IMG/VR virus record: IMGVR_UViG_3300042883_000765
DNA length: 64,000 nucleotides
Source: an uncultured virus (IMG/VR IMGVR_UViG_3300042883_000765)
Lineage: Duplodnaviria > Heunggongvirae > Uroviricota > Caudoviricetes
Reading direction: 5' to 3' (one strand)
Part shown: in pieces, positions 47,908 through 57,172 of the stretch
Numbering within the stretch: the stretch's first letter is position 1
Layout: each line of letters begins with the position of its first letter
Translations under genes and position numbers: made by a program
Notes under the pieces: model-generated
Seen by the model: the letters and a program-made list of their open reading frames with translations, nothing else
The model's database searches: none
What the model was told of the DNA's origin: nothing

Positions 47908-49399
47908 TTTTGACTACACAGCGCGAGACTACAACGCTATTCGTTCGTCTCTTCAGGCACGAGCCTCTAATTCTATTCCCGAATGGTCGGGAGTTGCCGC
48001 CTCAGATTTTATGTCATCGCTAATTGACCTATGGGCGTACAACGCAGACATTATGCATTATTATATTGACAGGGCATCTACTGAAGCATTTTTGTCAACT
48101 GCTACACAGCGCGAAAGCGTCTTGGCAATGGCAAACCTTTATGGTTATACCCCTAATTATATGAGTTCATCAACCGCTACTTTGACGCTTACCAACAGTG
48201 GTGCGGCATCCGTGACTATCTTAGAAAATACCCCATTTGTATCAACAAACGGTCTTTACTTCTTTAACGAAACATCAACAATTATTCCAGCATCTTCAAC
48301 AAGTACTATTGTTGTGCGACAGGGTGTCAGGTATTCAAATGAATCTGTTACTTCAGATGGTAATAGTAACTCAACTAAGAGTGATGGTAACGCTAGTCAA
48401 AGATTTAATATCTATCGCCAAAGTGTAGATGCTGAGTCTATAGTTGTTAATGTTGCTGAGGGTTCATTTGGAGAAATTAAAACTTGGACACGAGTTAATA
48501 GTCTTATTCCGTATGGTCCTGACGATTCAGTGTTCTCAGTAACGGTCACCTCCTCGGGAGTTACTCAGGTTGTATTTGGTAATGGGATCAACGGGCGCAT
48601 TCCGCCAATCAACTCACCAATCACAGTTACCTACATTCAATCCGCTGGGTCTATTGGTAATGTCGCGGCTGAGACAATCACTACTATTGGTAACAGTTTG
48701 TACCCAACAATCACTGATGTTACTAACCTCTTTGCGGCTGGTGGTGGTTTAGATTTTGAAACAATTGACTCTATTAAACAAGTTATTCCTAGCATCGTGC
48801 GTACCCGTAATGGCGCTGTAACTTTGTCGGATTTTGGCGATATTGCCCTAGTAACTCAGGGTGTTTCCAAGGCTACTGTTTCTTACCTTGGGTCATCTTC
48901 CACTGGTGCTTCTATTACAGCGACGGTTATTGACAAACAAACGGAATACCTTACGGATGGTGCCGCATCTGTGAGTATCCCACAGGCACTCCGTGACCGT
49001 GTTTCACGAGAACTACTAGATAGCGCAATGCTTGGCGTAACTCTTATTAATGTTCCTTCATCAGTTAGTTTTACTAAAATTTATATATATCTAGATTTAT
49101 ATGTTACATCTAACTACATTCAGTCGGTTGTTAAAGCAGAAGTACAAAGCGCATTAGAGTCTCTATTTTCTTTTGAAGATGTAGCCTTTGGCGACACAGT
49201 AACTGTGGGTGAGGTATACCGAACAGCCATGGCTATTACAGGTGTTGATTATGTAATCATTAAAGGATTTACAACCAGCACAGCAGGAACCCCTGCTACT
49301 ACTATTGACAACAGTGGAAAAATTACTGTAGCCAATAATCAACTTCCAAAATTAGGTATTGTTAGTATAACGCCTAACGGAGGGGTAACGGCAGTCTAA
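47900..49399 (+). CDS. Baseplate wedge protein (gp6/J-like)
   Basis: DYTARDY..EAFL.TA.QRESV..GY.P; FGNGINGRIP; AVTL.DF. Confidence 0.9.
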   Translation: MPNFDYTARDYNAIRSSLQARASNSIPEWSGVAASDFMSSLIDLWAYNADIMHYYIDRASTEAFLSTATQRESVLAMANLYGYTPNYMSSSTATLTLTNSGAASVTILENTPFVSTNGLYFFNETSTIIPASSTSTIVVRQGVRYSNESVTSDGNSNSTKSDGNASQRFNIYRQSVDAESIVVNVAEGSFGEIKTWTRVNSLIPYGPDDSVFSVTVTSSGVTQVVFGNGINGRIPPINSPITVTYIQSAGSIGNVAAETITTIGNSLYPTITDVTNLFAAGGGLDFETIDSIKQVIPSIVRTRNGAVTLSDFGDIALVTQGVSKATVSYLGSSSTGASITATVIDKQTEYLTDGAASVSIPQALRDRVSRELLDSAMLGVTLINVPSSVSFTKIYIYLDLYVTSNYIQSVVKAEVQSALESLFSFEDVAFGDTVTVGEVYRTAMAITGVDYVIIKGFTTSTAGTPATTIDNSGKITVANNQLPKLGIVSITPNGGVTAV

Positions 49400-51666
49400 T
49401 GGCCCGTATATCTTTTACACTAAAAAGTAATGTTGGTAGTGCGGCAAGCACTACTGGTTCATTCCTTCAAGCCGCTTCCGCTAATATTGGTGCTGACAAC
49501 TCATCAGCCTTACGAGGTGATGGTTATGTCACTACACCAACAAGTGTTCCTGGGTCTACATCATCCTTGTCAGCATCACCAACTGATTATGATCAGGTTG
49601 ACCTATCATGGGTTATTACAACAGCACTGAATGAAACAAAAGGTGAAACACCTAGTATTACTGGCCTATCGTTGTGCTATTCACTTATTGGACCTCCCCA
49701 AACTCGTGCTGAAGGTATAGAACTTATTGAAATAAAAGCAGAGAATAGTGCTTCGTCATTTACGCATACGAACTTACCTAGTGGCAAATGGGTTTATTAC
49801 ACACTATTTTCAAAATATGAATCAACTGTAACTCGCTCATGGTATGAACCAGTTGTCTCAACTGAAGTACTTGTACCTAAGGATTATGGCTACTCCGATA
49901 ATCTTTTCCGAAGAATACCCCTGCACTACCGAATTCAGGATGAGCAGATCGGCATAACCAACCTAGGTAGCCCTTATCTGGCTGACCTTCCTGAAGCACT
50001 TACGGTAGCCGGACCACTACAGCGAATGCTTGATGTTTTTGGTTGGGAAATTAATGTTATTAAAACAATCATTGATTATGTGATGGTACAAAAAGACCCG
50101 TTTGTTGCCAACAGTGAGATGATTGAAAAACTGGCTGTGGAGGTTGGTCTTCCTCTAACTGTGGCTGATTTAGGTACTGCAAAACTTCGTGATTTGATTT
50201 CTTCTTTTACATACTTAACCCAGAATGAGGGACTACTAACTGGTGTGGAAGAATACATTACGGCTATTACTGGATGTAACACTCGTATTAACACTACCCA
50301 GCCTGACCTTTTAACCAGCACTCACCATGCTATGACTTCGGCGTCGGTGACTACCTCTGCATCCGTAGCACCTGCTACTAACCAATGGTTACTGGAAAGT
50401 TCGGCGCATACCATGACATCCGCGAGTGTTTATGCATACTCCAATATGTTCAAAACGACCAAGGCTTTGGCTATCACCCATTCAAGCGGAGCCAGTGTTC
50501 AAATGGCTTGCTTGAAAGCAAAAGTACAAAGTGTAAGCCAAGCAAGTCGTTTATACATGGACTTTGGTGCCACATACACTGGTTTGGGCGCAAGTGTTGT
50601 AGGTTGCTGGATGGGTGCATCTGTGGTTCCAGGAGCGTCTGTGACTTTTGCTCCGATAACGGGTGCTTCTACATCATTACCTAACTTTATTGAAACCACT
50701 ACGACTGGTTCTACGAGTGTTTTTGAGTGGCCCGTAGAACTTGGTGTATGTGGTGATGGTTCGTTAGGTACCACAGATATGTATCTGCACATTTGGATTG
50801 CATCTCAGTCATCTGATACTGGGACTTTATATCTGATTCCTAATAGAGTAACAACTTTAAATAAATACCCTTATTACATAGATGTATACTCGCGTAGATT
50901 AAATCTTTTCCGTGATCCTCAATTCGCAGTCGCCTCTCCAAGTACTACAGTACAGGCAACAAGTACACCTGCTTATTGGAGAGTAAGCACTACTTCTGGT
51001 ACAGTTACATCCGCTGTTGATAACGGAACTAAACAATTTACCGCAACACCAAGTCTTTCGGCATCTGTCACATTATCCACAGATGTAAATAACACGAGTT
51101 TTGGTATGCAGTACACCCCAATTAATAGTGGTACTGATTACTTCTTATCAATTGATGATTACAACAATAATATTGTTCAAGTAAGTGTAAAGAACTTGGA
51201 TGGTTTAATTACCCTTGCATCAGCCACAACCCCTTATATTGAAAAAACGATCTCAGGTACTTCAAAGCGTAAATGGTGGAAATTAGAGTTTATTGATAAC
51301 TACCCTTGGTACCCAAGTAATTCATATTTGTACCATGTAGAAATCACTGCCACGGCTACAGCAACATCACCACTAGTTGTTCGTCGCCCAATGCTTGAAC
51401 CATCATCTCCTGGTGAATACTTTGATGGTAACAGTGATAATGGTGGATGGATTGGTGGTACAGCAACTGCTGGGGCATCCGATTACCGTTGGGGTGCAAG
51501 TTCTGCCCATACTAATCTTTCGTACTACACAGCAGATTATCGTCGTGTAGTTGAGGCAACCAAAAGAATGATTGAACATATAGTTCCCGTAACTGAAACA
51601 ACCTATGCTCTTGCTAACCTGAGATTTAACCGAATCCCAGGATACACAGGAGAAACAACATTGTGA
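49399..51666 (+). CDS. Baseplate wedge / fibre-attachment protein (gp7/I-like)
   Basis: Follows the J-like gene; YYTLF..W; LQRML.VFG; YFDG. Confidence 0.65.
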   Translation: MARISFTLKSNVGSAASTTGSFLQAASANIGADNSSALRGDGYVTTPTSVPGSTSSLSASPTDYDQVDLSWVITTALNETKGETPSITGLSLCYSLIGPPQTRAEGIELIEIKAENSASSFTHTNLPSGKWVYYTLFSKYESTVTRSWYEPVVSTEVLVPKDYGYSDNLFRRIPLHYRIQDEQIGITNLGSPYLADLPEALTVAGPLQRMLDVFGWEINVIKTIIDYVMVQKDPFVANSEMIEKLAVEVGLPLTVADLGTAKLRDLISSFTYLTQNEGLLTGVEEYITAITGCNTRINTTQPDLLTSTHHAMTSASVTTSASVAPATNQWLLESSAHTMTSASVYAYSNMFKTTKALAITHSSGASVQMACLKAKVQSVSQASRLYMDFGATYTGLGASVVGCWMGASVVPGASVTFAPITGASTSLPNFIETTTTGSTSVFEWPVELGVCGDGSLGTTDMYLHIWIASQSSDTGTLYLIPNRVTTLNKYPYYIDVYSRRLNLFRDPQFAVASPSTTVQATSTPAYWRVSTTSGTVTSAVDNGTKQFTATPSLSASVTLSTDVNNTSFGMQYTPINSGTDYFLSIDDYNNNIVQVSVKNLDGLITLASATTPYIEKTISGTSKRKWWKLEFIDNYPWYPSNSYLYHVEITATATATSPLVVRRPMLEPSSPGEYFDGNSDNGGWIGGTATAGASDYRWGASSAHTNLSYYTADYRRVVEATKRMIEHIVPVTETTYALANLRFNRIPGYTGETTL

Positions 51667-51917
51667 CCTTACTAATAGGCGGCTTAGCCGTTTATAAAGT
51701 TATTCATATCATTACAAGTGCCTTGCCAAAGAAACTTAATGGTTGGGTCATTGTTTTGTCTGGGGCAATTCTGGGAATCATTATTTCCGTCTTTATATCT
51801 TCCGAGGATGTTGTGTTTAGTGGGTTGGCTATGGCTACAATTGCCAGTGCCACTCACTCGGTGTTGCGATTGATCACTCTCGTAGGTGACTCATCAATAC
51901 GCCAGTCCTTCCAATAG
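51663..51917 (+). CDS. Small membrane protein
   Basis: Three hydrophobic segments. Confidence 0.65.
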   Translation: MTLLIGGLAVYKVIHIITSALPKKLNGWVIVLSGAILGIIISVFISSEDVVFSGLAMATIASATHSVLRLITLVGDSSIRQSFQ

Positions 51918-51926
51918 GAGAACAAC

Positions 51927-52805
51927 ATGCCCACCAAGAAAGTTATTGGTGTTATCGGAAAAGGTAACGCCAGCCTCAACATCATTGAAGACTCATTGTC
52001 CGAACTGGTCAATGACAGTATCTTTGTCCTGCCATGGTATGGCGGTAAGCCTGACGAAAGTCTTGACCGCGTCTACACCGCAATCATTGACTTCGGTCAT
52101 GAGTACATCATGGTCGGTAACCGCATTCCGCGCTCAGTCTTAAAAGATGCCAAAGATTGGGAAGATACTGAAGATGCAAACTCAGCCGTACTCAATTATG
52201 TCCAACGCCTAGCGGGTGAAAAGTCATTACTCGTTTTGTGGGATGACGCTCCTGAAACTGAAGACACATTGCTGAAGGCTCACGCCATTGGTATCCGTCT
52301 ACTTGACCTCACAAATGCACTTGCGCCAATTGATGTCGTTGATGTGCAGGAAATTAAAGAAGTGCCCGAAGTGCCCGAAGTGCCCGAAGTGCCCGAAGTG
52401 CCCGCAGTTAAAACGGACCGAGAAGAAGCACTTGAGAAAGTCCTTAATGAAATTAAAGAGAAACAAATTGCTGAGGAATATAGACCGGAGGCATTTACTG
52501 AAGAAGAATTGCGTATGCAACCAATTTCTGCATTGCGCCGTCAGGCTAAGTTGCTTGGTATTGAAATTGAAAAGACTACGACCAAGGAACAACTCATTGG
52601 CATCCTGCTGAATGGTCTTGATGACATTGGTTTGGTTGAGCCAGTAACTAAACTGCCAGTAACTGCTTTGAAGGTCACCGTGCACAGGTCTGAGTATGAA
52701 TTGGCGCATTACATGTTTTCTAGTGAAAATATTCCCCATGTTGAACAAATATTGGGCGCTCTACAAATGATTGCACCAGAAGATGACAATGTACATTCAT
52801 TTTAA
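51927..52805 (+). CDS. Hypothetical protein: alpha/beta N-domain, (EVP)5 linker, Rho-N-like helical motif
   Basis: EELRMQPISALRRQAKLLGI..TKEQLI. Confidence 0.65.
   Translation: MPTKKVIGVIGKGNASLNIIEDSLSELVNDSIFVLPWYGGKPDESLDRVYTAIIDFGHEYIMVGNRIPRSVLKDAKDWEDTEDANSAVLNYVQRLAGEKSLLVLWDDAPETEDTLLKAHAIGIRLLDLTNALAPIDVVDVQEIKEVPEVPEVPEVPEVPAVKTDREEALEKVLNEIKEKQIAEEYRPEAFTEEELRMQPISALRRQAKLLGIEIEKTTTKEQLIGILLNGLDDIGLVEPVTKLPVTALKVTVHRSEYELAHYMFSSENIPHVEQILGALQMIAPEDDNVHSF
52359..52403 (+). repeat. Perfect tandem repeat (GAAGTGCCC)x5
   Basis: Read directly; encodes EVP x5. Confidence 0.95.
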
Positions 52806-52844
52806 AATGTAGCCACAGTTACATCCAAATGTAGCCACAATAAG

Positions 52845-52868
52845 AAACACCCCCTAACGGGGGTGTTT
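52845..52868. terminator. Bidirectional intrinsic terminator between convergent units
   Basis: AAACACCCCC-TAAC-GGGGGTGTTT. Confidence 0.85.
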
Positions 52869-52874
52869 TGTTAT

Positions 52875-53507
52875 CTACTTCTTTTTAACTTCGTATTCGT
52901 AGCGGTCATCATCAGAAGTTACCCACTTGTGAGCATCTTCGGTATCCCATTTTCTTGTATTCACAAGACGCTCAATAAGGGTGCCAGTTTTAGTGGTAAA
53001 TGACGGGTCAAACAAACGCACTCTGTTGTTTGGTTGGATTGCAAAGTTGCCATCATCTCTTTCAATGACATGACCACATTTGTGCTGACCAGGGTTCAAA
53101 GAAAAACCACCGTTAAGCACATTGTCGTCTGGAGAGTGCCAATCAAGCGTGAAAAGGTATTTGCCGTTGACAAATTCTCCTGAACGGGCAACATATGTCA
53201 TACGCATATTTCGCATAGCCTGAAATTCAGTGACAGCAATGTTTGCCGAAAAAGAGTTCCAAAGGACAAGTTCGTGAATATCAACCTCAGGAGAATCTTC
53301 ACGAGAACAAAAGGCTGAAATTGGCATACGCCACCACACGCCACCATCTTCCATAAGAAAATGAAACAGTGGGCTTCTTCCTTGTATTGAAGTTACCCCA
53401 AAGATCATGCATGGAAACTTGAGATCATGGCTATCACGCTGATCGCGCAAATAATTACCACGGACAAAACATTCAATAACAGGAATGTTTGCATTTAATT
53501 CGGGCAC
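52875..53507 (-). CDS. Conserved phage hypothetical protein
   Basis: LNANIP..RMPISAF..YLFTLDW..HKCGH..QPNNR. Confidence 0.8.
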   Translation of the reverse strand: MPELNANIPVIECFVRGNYLRDQRDSHDLKFPCMIFGVTSIQGRSPLFHFLMEDGGVWWRMPISAFCSREDSPEVDIHELVLWNSFSANIAVTEFQAMRNMRMTYVARSGEFVNGKYLFTLDWHSPDDNVLNGGFSLNPGQHKCGHVIERDDGNFAIQPNNRVRLFDPSFTTKTGTLIERLVNTRKWDTEDAHKWVTSDDDRYEYEVKKK

Positions 53508-53677
53508 TACTTACCACTTTTTTTCTTAGATGCATTCATATTGTCAACAAGATTAGGGTAAGGCCGGCCTGCGGCTTTGGCGGCGGCTTTTGCCTTAGCC
53601 TTCTGATCGGGGGTTAGTTTCTTATCAGACTTAGTTGGGTCTTTAGTTTCCCAAACTTTCTTTTTCTTCTCAGCCAT
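53507..53677 (-). CDS. Small basic protein (56 aa; not in ORF track)
   Basis: MAEKKKKVWE..AKAAGRPYPNLVDNM.. Confidence 0.8.
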   Translation of the reverse strand: MAEKKKKVWETKDPTKSDKKLTPDQKAKAKAAAKAAGRPYPNLVDNMNASKKKSGK

Positions 53678-53679
53678 GA

Positions 53680-53943
53680 TTACTTCTTTCCTCGGTTACG
53701 GGCGCGGTTCTTGGATGGGTCTTCCTTAACTAATTTACCATCTTTGGTATGGGACAGATCATCTCCACCCTTACCCATGATGCCACGCTTACGACGCTCT
53801 TCTGAGAGTTCGCGGCGCTTCTCTTTCTGTTCGGGCTTAGCGTTAAATTTCTTATCTGTTTCAGCCTTCTTCTCCCGAGCCTCAGGATGATCTCGGTAAT
53901 ACTTTGCTGTTCTCTTTGGGTTTTCTGTTTTACGGGGAGCCAT
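53680..53943 (-). CDS. Small basic protein with degenerate HNH-like motif
   Basis: GDDLSHTKDG..SKNRARN. Confidence 0.65.
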   Translation of the reverse strand: MAPRKTENPKRTAKYYRDHPEAREKKAETDKKFNAKPEQKEKRRELSEERRKRGIMGKGGDDLSHTKDGKLVKEDPSKNRARNRGKK

Positions 53944-54233
53944 TACCATTTCACCTTGTCGGCCCAATAAGCCGCGCTCATCTTACCCTTAGCAATATTT
54001 TTACCGTGGCGAGCCTTAAACGATGCGCGCTTATCCTTCATGCGCTCAGACTCTCCCTCTTTGGGCTTACCTGCTGTCTCGGCGCCCTGTTCACCAAACC
54101 TAATCAACTTGACGGTCTCTCCTTGTTTTGCAAGAACCGCATGTGATTTGGTGGGATGATCAGGTGTCGCCTTCGGCTTGTTATAACCCGAGAAGGTTTC
54201 TCCACTGCGTGTGTATTTATTCTTTTCAACCAT
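53943..54233 (-). CDS. Small basic conserved phage protein
   Basis: GYNKPK..KSH.V..IRFGEQG..SFKARH..AYWA. Confidence 0.8.
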   Translation of the reverse strand: MVEKNKYTRSGETFSGYNKPKATPDHPTKSHAVLAKQGETVKLIRFGEQGAETAGKPKEGESERMKDKRASFKARHGKNIAKGKMSAAYWADKVKW

Positions 54234-54243
54234 GATGGTTACC

Positions 54244-54687
54244 TCACTTAACCGATGCTCGTAGTTGCCATGACCATTTCATTTGACTGTCAACCCTCTC
54301 GGATAAGAAGTTTGCAATACCCTGCTGGTCGGCTTTGGTTGCTTCTTTGAATGAGGCATTTAACTGAGTGATCAGTGCCTCGTTAGCCTTCAACAATGCC
54401 GTTGACATTGCCTTAGGATTCGGACTTACTTCTTTGAATTCAAGTGTCCGAAGATCAATAAACTTCTGAAGATTGAACGGTGCGTAATCATCCAGTTTGC
54501 GGATGTTCTCAGCGACTGGGTCAATCATTGTGTAGGCATCTTCATAGATTTCTGCGAAGAGACCGTGGTACTGGCTGAAGTCAGAACCCTCAACATTCCA
54601 GTGAAATCCGTGCGCCATGAAGTAGAAAGTGACGGTGTCAGATAATAGGGTTTTGAGGGATTTGGTAAGGGCTGGGGCTGTCGCCAT
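54244..54687 (-). CDS. dps: Dps / ferritin-like DNA protection protein
   Basis: AHGFHWNVEG.DF..YH.LF.E.YE...D..AE.IR; KWSWQL. Confidence 0.93.
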   Translation of the reverse strand: MATAPALTKSLKTLLSDTVTFYFMAHGFHWNVEGSDFSQYHGLFAEIYEDAYTMIDPVAENIRKLDDYAPFNLQKFIDLRTLEFKEVSPNPKAMSTALLKANEALITQLNASFKEATKADQQGIANFLSERVDSQMKWSWQLRASVK

Positions 54688-54701
54688 GTGTGGACTCCTT
54701 G

Positions 54702-54753
54702 TATGGAATGGGGCGCTTATAGCATAACTCTACACTATAGCGCCCCATCCATA
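54702..54753. promoter_or_regulatory. Long inverted repeat at the divergent promoter region
   Basis: ATGGGGCGCT..TATAG / CTATAGCGCCCCAT arms; TANNNT hexamers on both strands in the loop. Confidence 0.55.
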
Positions 54754-54895
54754 ACCACCACGCTGAGCAAGGAGATCAGCGACACCCGAGGAGAACCACC
54801 AACTCGGTGTTTAGATCATACAGAAAGAAATCAGTGTACGCAACACCTTCTCCCCCTTTTCTTGTGTATGCTTTCCGACACCACGAGGAGCCACC

Positions 54896-56146
54896 ATGTC
54901 TAGAAAACTTAACGGACCGTTTGCCGCGGTCCCAATATGGGCGATTGATTTGATCACCAAAAAGGGCAATCCGACCCACTCCCATATCCTCATGTGCATC
55001 ATCCGCTTGACACCCTTTGACGGCAATCCGATTATGACAATTGACGACATCTCAGGAATCTCAGGACTGTCACCTTCTACGGTTAAACGATCAATTAAGT
55101 GGTTAGAGTTACACAAAGTAGTAACATCAACCATACTTTCAGCGAACCGTGGGAAGAGCATAATTGTCAATTACCGCAAGCCCAAAGGGGGGTTCACCAG
55201 TGACCTAGCCCTACGCAAAGGTGGGGTCACCAGTGACCTGCCTACCCCCAAAGGGGGGGTCACCAGTGACCTACCAGGGGGGTCACCAGTGAACCCCCCA
55301 CGAGGCTGTGACCAGGGGGAACGCGTCTCTATAGATAGTACTTTAGATATAGTACAAAGGAAAATGTCTAACGACATTTTCCTTTGTGGGCTTCGCCCGA
55401 AAAAACAACAAGGAGAACCTATGCCCACTTTTGGTGCTGACCCTGACAACGACCGACCATGGGATGAGACCATCGCCCTGAAGAAAACCACCAGTGAAGT
55501 CTCACAAGTCCTAGACCATTTTGAACTCACCGCCCGCAGGGTTGGTGGGAAGATAACCCCCACGGGTGAGCGCCCAGCATTCCGCGCTCAGATCAAGCGC
55601 CTAATCAATGCTGGGGTCAAGGTCCCCGACCTGACCAAGATGACCGAGGAATTCTTTGCCCTATCACGGAACATTGAATCCCCAGCGCCATGGCGAGTCT
55701 TTTGTTCCCGAGAAGTCCAAACAGGGATGATGTCCAAAATGACGGGGGTCTCGCAGAACTCCCCGATACTGGGGTGGGTATCCGACGATTTTCAGCATGG
55801 CTCCGATCTCCCATGGGACGAAGACATTAATCAAAAAATGCAAAAGATTATTTGGAGGCGAGGGATGGATGTCGCGTACAGATACCCCGAGTTGCTGGTG
55901 GGTATCGCAGAAGTGGCATTTGAAGACATCTCGTTTTTTGATACTTTAATCCAGTCAGCATCCTTCCTCATCACAAACTGCACGACAGTGCTTGACAACG
56001 AACTGGCTCCTGTGCGTAGTATCTTGACCGACGCAGGGATTGCCATCCCCGAAGATATTCTTGCCCGCAAAAACTTGCGTGAGTTAGCACCATCACTCAA
56101 GCAAGCCGTAGTTAATTATCAACTCACAAGGAGAACCACAACATGA
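54896..56146 (+). CDS. Replication initiator with N-terminal winged HTH
   Basis: TIDDISGISGLSPSTVKRSIKWL; internal iterons; precedes a DnaC-like gene. Confidence 0.8.
   Translation: MSRKLNGPFAAVPIWAIDLITKKGNPTHSHILMCIIRLTPFDGNPIMTIDDISGISGLSPSTVKRSIKWLELHKVVTSTILSANRGKSIIVNYRKPKGGFTSDLALRKGGVTSDLPTPKGGVTSDLPGGSPVNPPRGCDQGERVSIDSTLDIVQRKMSNDIFLCGLRPKKQQGEPMPTFGADPDNDRPWDETIALKKTTSEVSQVLDHFELTARRVGGKITPTGERPAFRAQIKRLINAGVKVPDLTKMTEEFFALSRNIESPAPWRVFCSREVQTGMMSKMTGVSQNSPILGWVSDDFQHGSDLPWDEDINQKMQKIIWRRGMDVAYRYPELLVGIAEVAFEDISFFDTLIQSASFLITNCTTVLDNELAPVRSILTDAGIAIPEDILARKNLRELAPSLKQAVVNYQLTRRTTT
55187..55365. repeat. Putative replication origin: four TCACCAGTGA iterons plus AT-rich tract
   Basis: Cores at 55194, 55227, 55260 and 55283; AT-rich segment 55330-55365. 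Confidence 0.75.
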
Positions 56147-56736
56147 CCTCAGCACCGCCGACCGAATGGAAATCAGCACGATGGTGGCAGAACCGACCTC
56201 TTGAGGAGCGACTTGCATGGGCCAACTTCCCACCGCGTTGGAAAGACGCCCAGTACGAAGAATCTCTGATTTCAGACAAGACCTTTAACGCCATCGCTAA
56301 GTTCATCAGCGGTGAATCCAACGGTTTGTTTTTGCATGGACCAAGCGGTGCTGGCAAGACCCCAATCGCAGTATCTATCTTGCGGGACATCCTCACAAAC
56401 AAATCTGCTTCAGGTCGGTTCATTACGGCAGATCGCTATGTTGAGATGCTCAAGGACCAGTTTGACAACGATAACGAACTTCCCGAGATGTACTCCATGC
56501 CACACATCGTCAAGTACCTCAAGGGTGTTTTTGACATTGTCGTGCTTGATGCAGTTGGGGATGAACGATCAACTGAATTCTCACAACATGAAATCGGGAG
56601 TTTATTGCGCCGACGCAATGAGGACCTTCGTAAAACAATCATTACAACATGCCTGTCCCCAACCGAATTTGTTCGGCGCTACGGTGATCGTGTTGCAACT
56701 GTTCTAGAGGACATGACGATCAGCACGGTGTCCTGA
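56143..56736 (+). CDS. DnaC/IstB-like helicase loader ATPase
   Basis: GLFLHGPSGAGKT; VVLDAVGDE; TIITT; RYGDR. Confidence 0.85.
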   Translation: MTSAPPTEWKSARWWQNRPLEERLAWANFPPRWKDAQYEESLISDKTFNAIAKFISGESNGLFLHGPSGAGKTPIAVSILRDILTNKSASGRFITADRYVEMLKDQFDNDNELPEMYSMPHIVKYLKGVFDIVVLDAVGDERSTEFSQHEIGSLLRRRNEDLRKTIITTCLSPTEFVRRYGDRVATVLEDMTISTVS

Positions 56737-57170
56737 TGCAGGGCAATGACCTAGCCCCATACGCACCAATCCAGCAAGCAGTTTTGTTTGAGGGAGTCTT
56801 AGCAAGTTACCCAAAAGGTGCAAAGTCAGTACGCAACTGGTTTGCATCAAAAGTCAAAGACATGCCCACACTGGTTAACACCATGAAGCCAAACGAACTA
56901 CCACTGAAGTCTCTAATTGATTCAGTGAACCGCCGTGGTATTGGTACATTGATTTACACGCTCATGCCAGTTGAGGCAGTTCCCGAAATTGAGCATTGGT
57001 TAATCCGCAAAGGTGTTTCTACTTCGGTAGAGGCTTACCCTGACATTGAAACATTGGCAGAAGACCTACGCTTCAACAGAAGTATTCATGTTATTTATGT
57101 TGCCACCCAAGAACAGCAAGCAATCATTGGGATACGCGCTACAGTGCTTGGTTCCGAAAGAGCGTGGTAA
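56736..57170 (+). CDS. Hypothetical protein (possibly degenerate HAD-like)
   Basis: Coupled ORF; VLFEGVLA. Confidence 0.6.
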   Translation: MQGNDLAPYAPIQQAVLFEGVLASYPKGAKSVRNWFASKVKDMPTLVNTMKPNELPLKSLIDSVNRRGIGTLIYTLMPVEAVPEIEHWLIRKGVSTSVEAYPDIETLAEDLRFNRSIHVIYVATQEQQAIIGIRATVLGSERAW

Positions 57171-57172
57171 TC

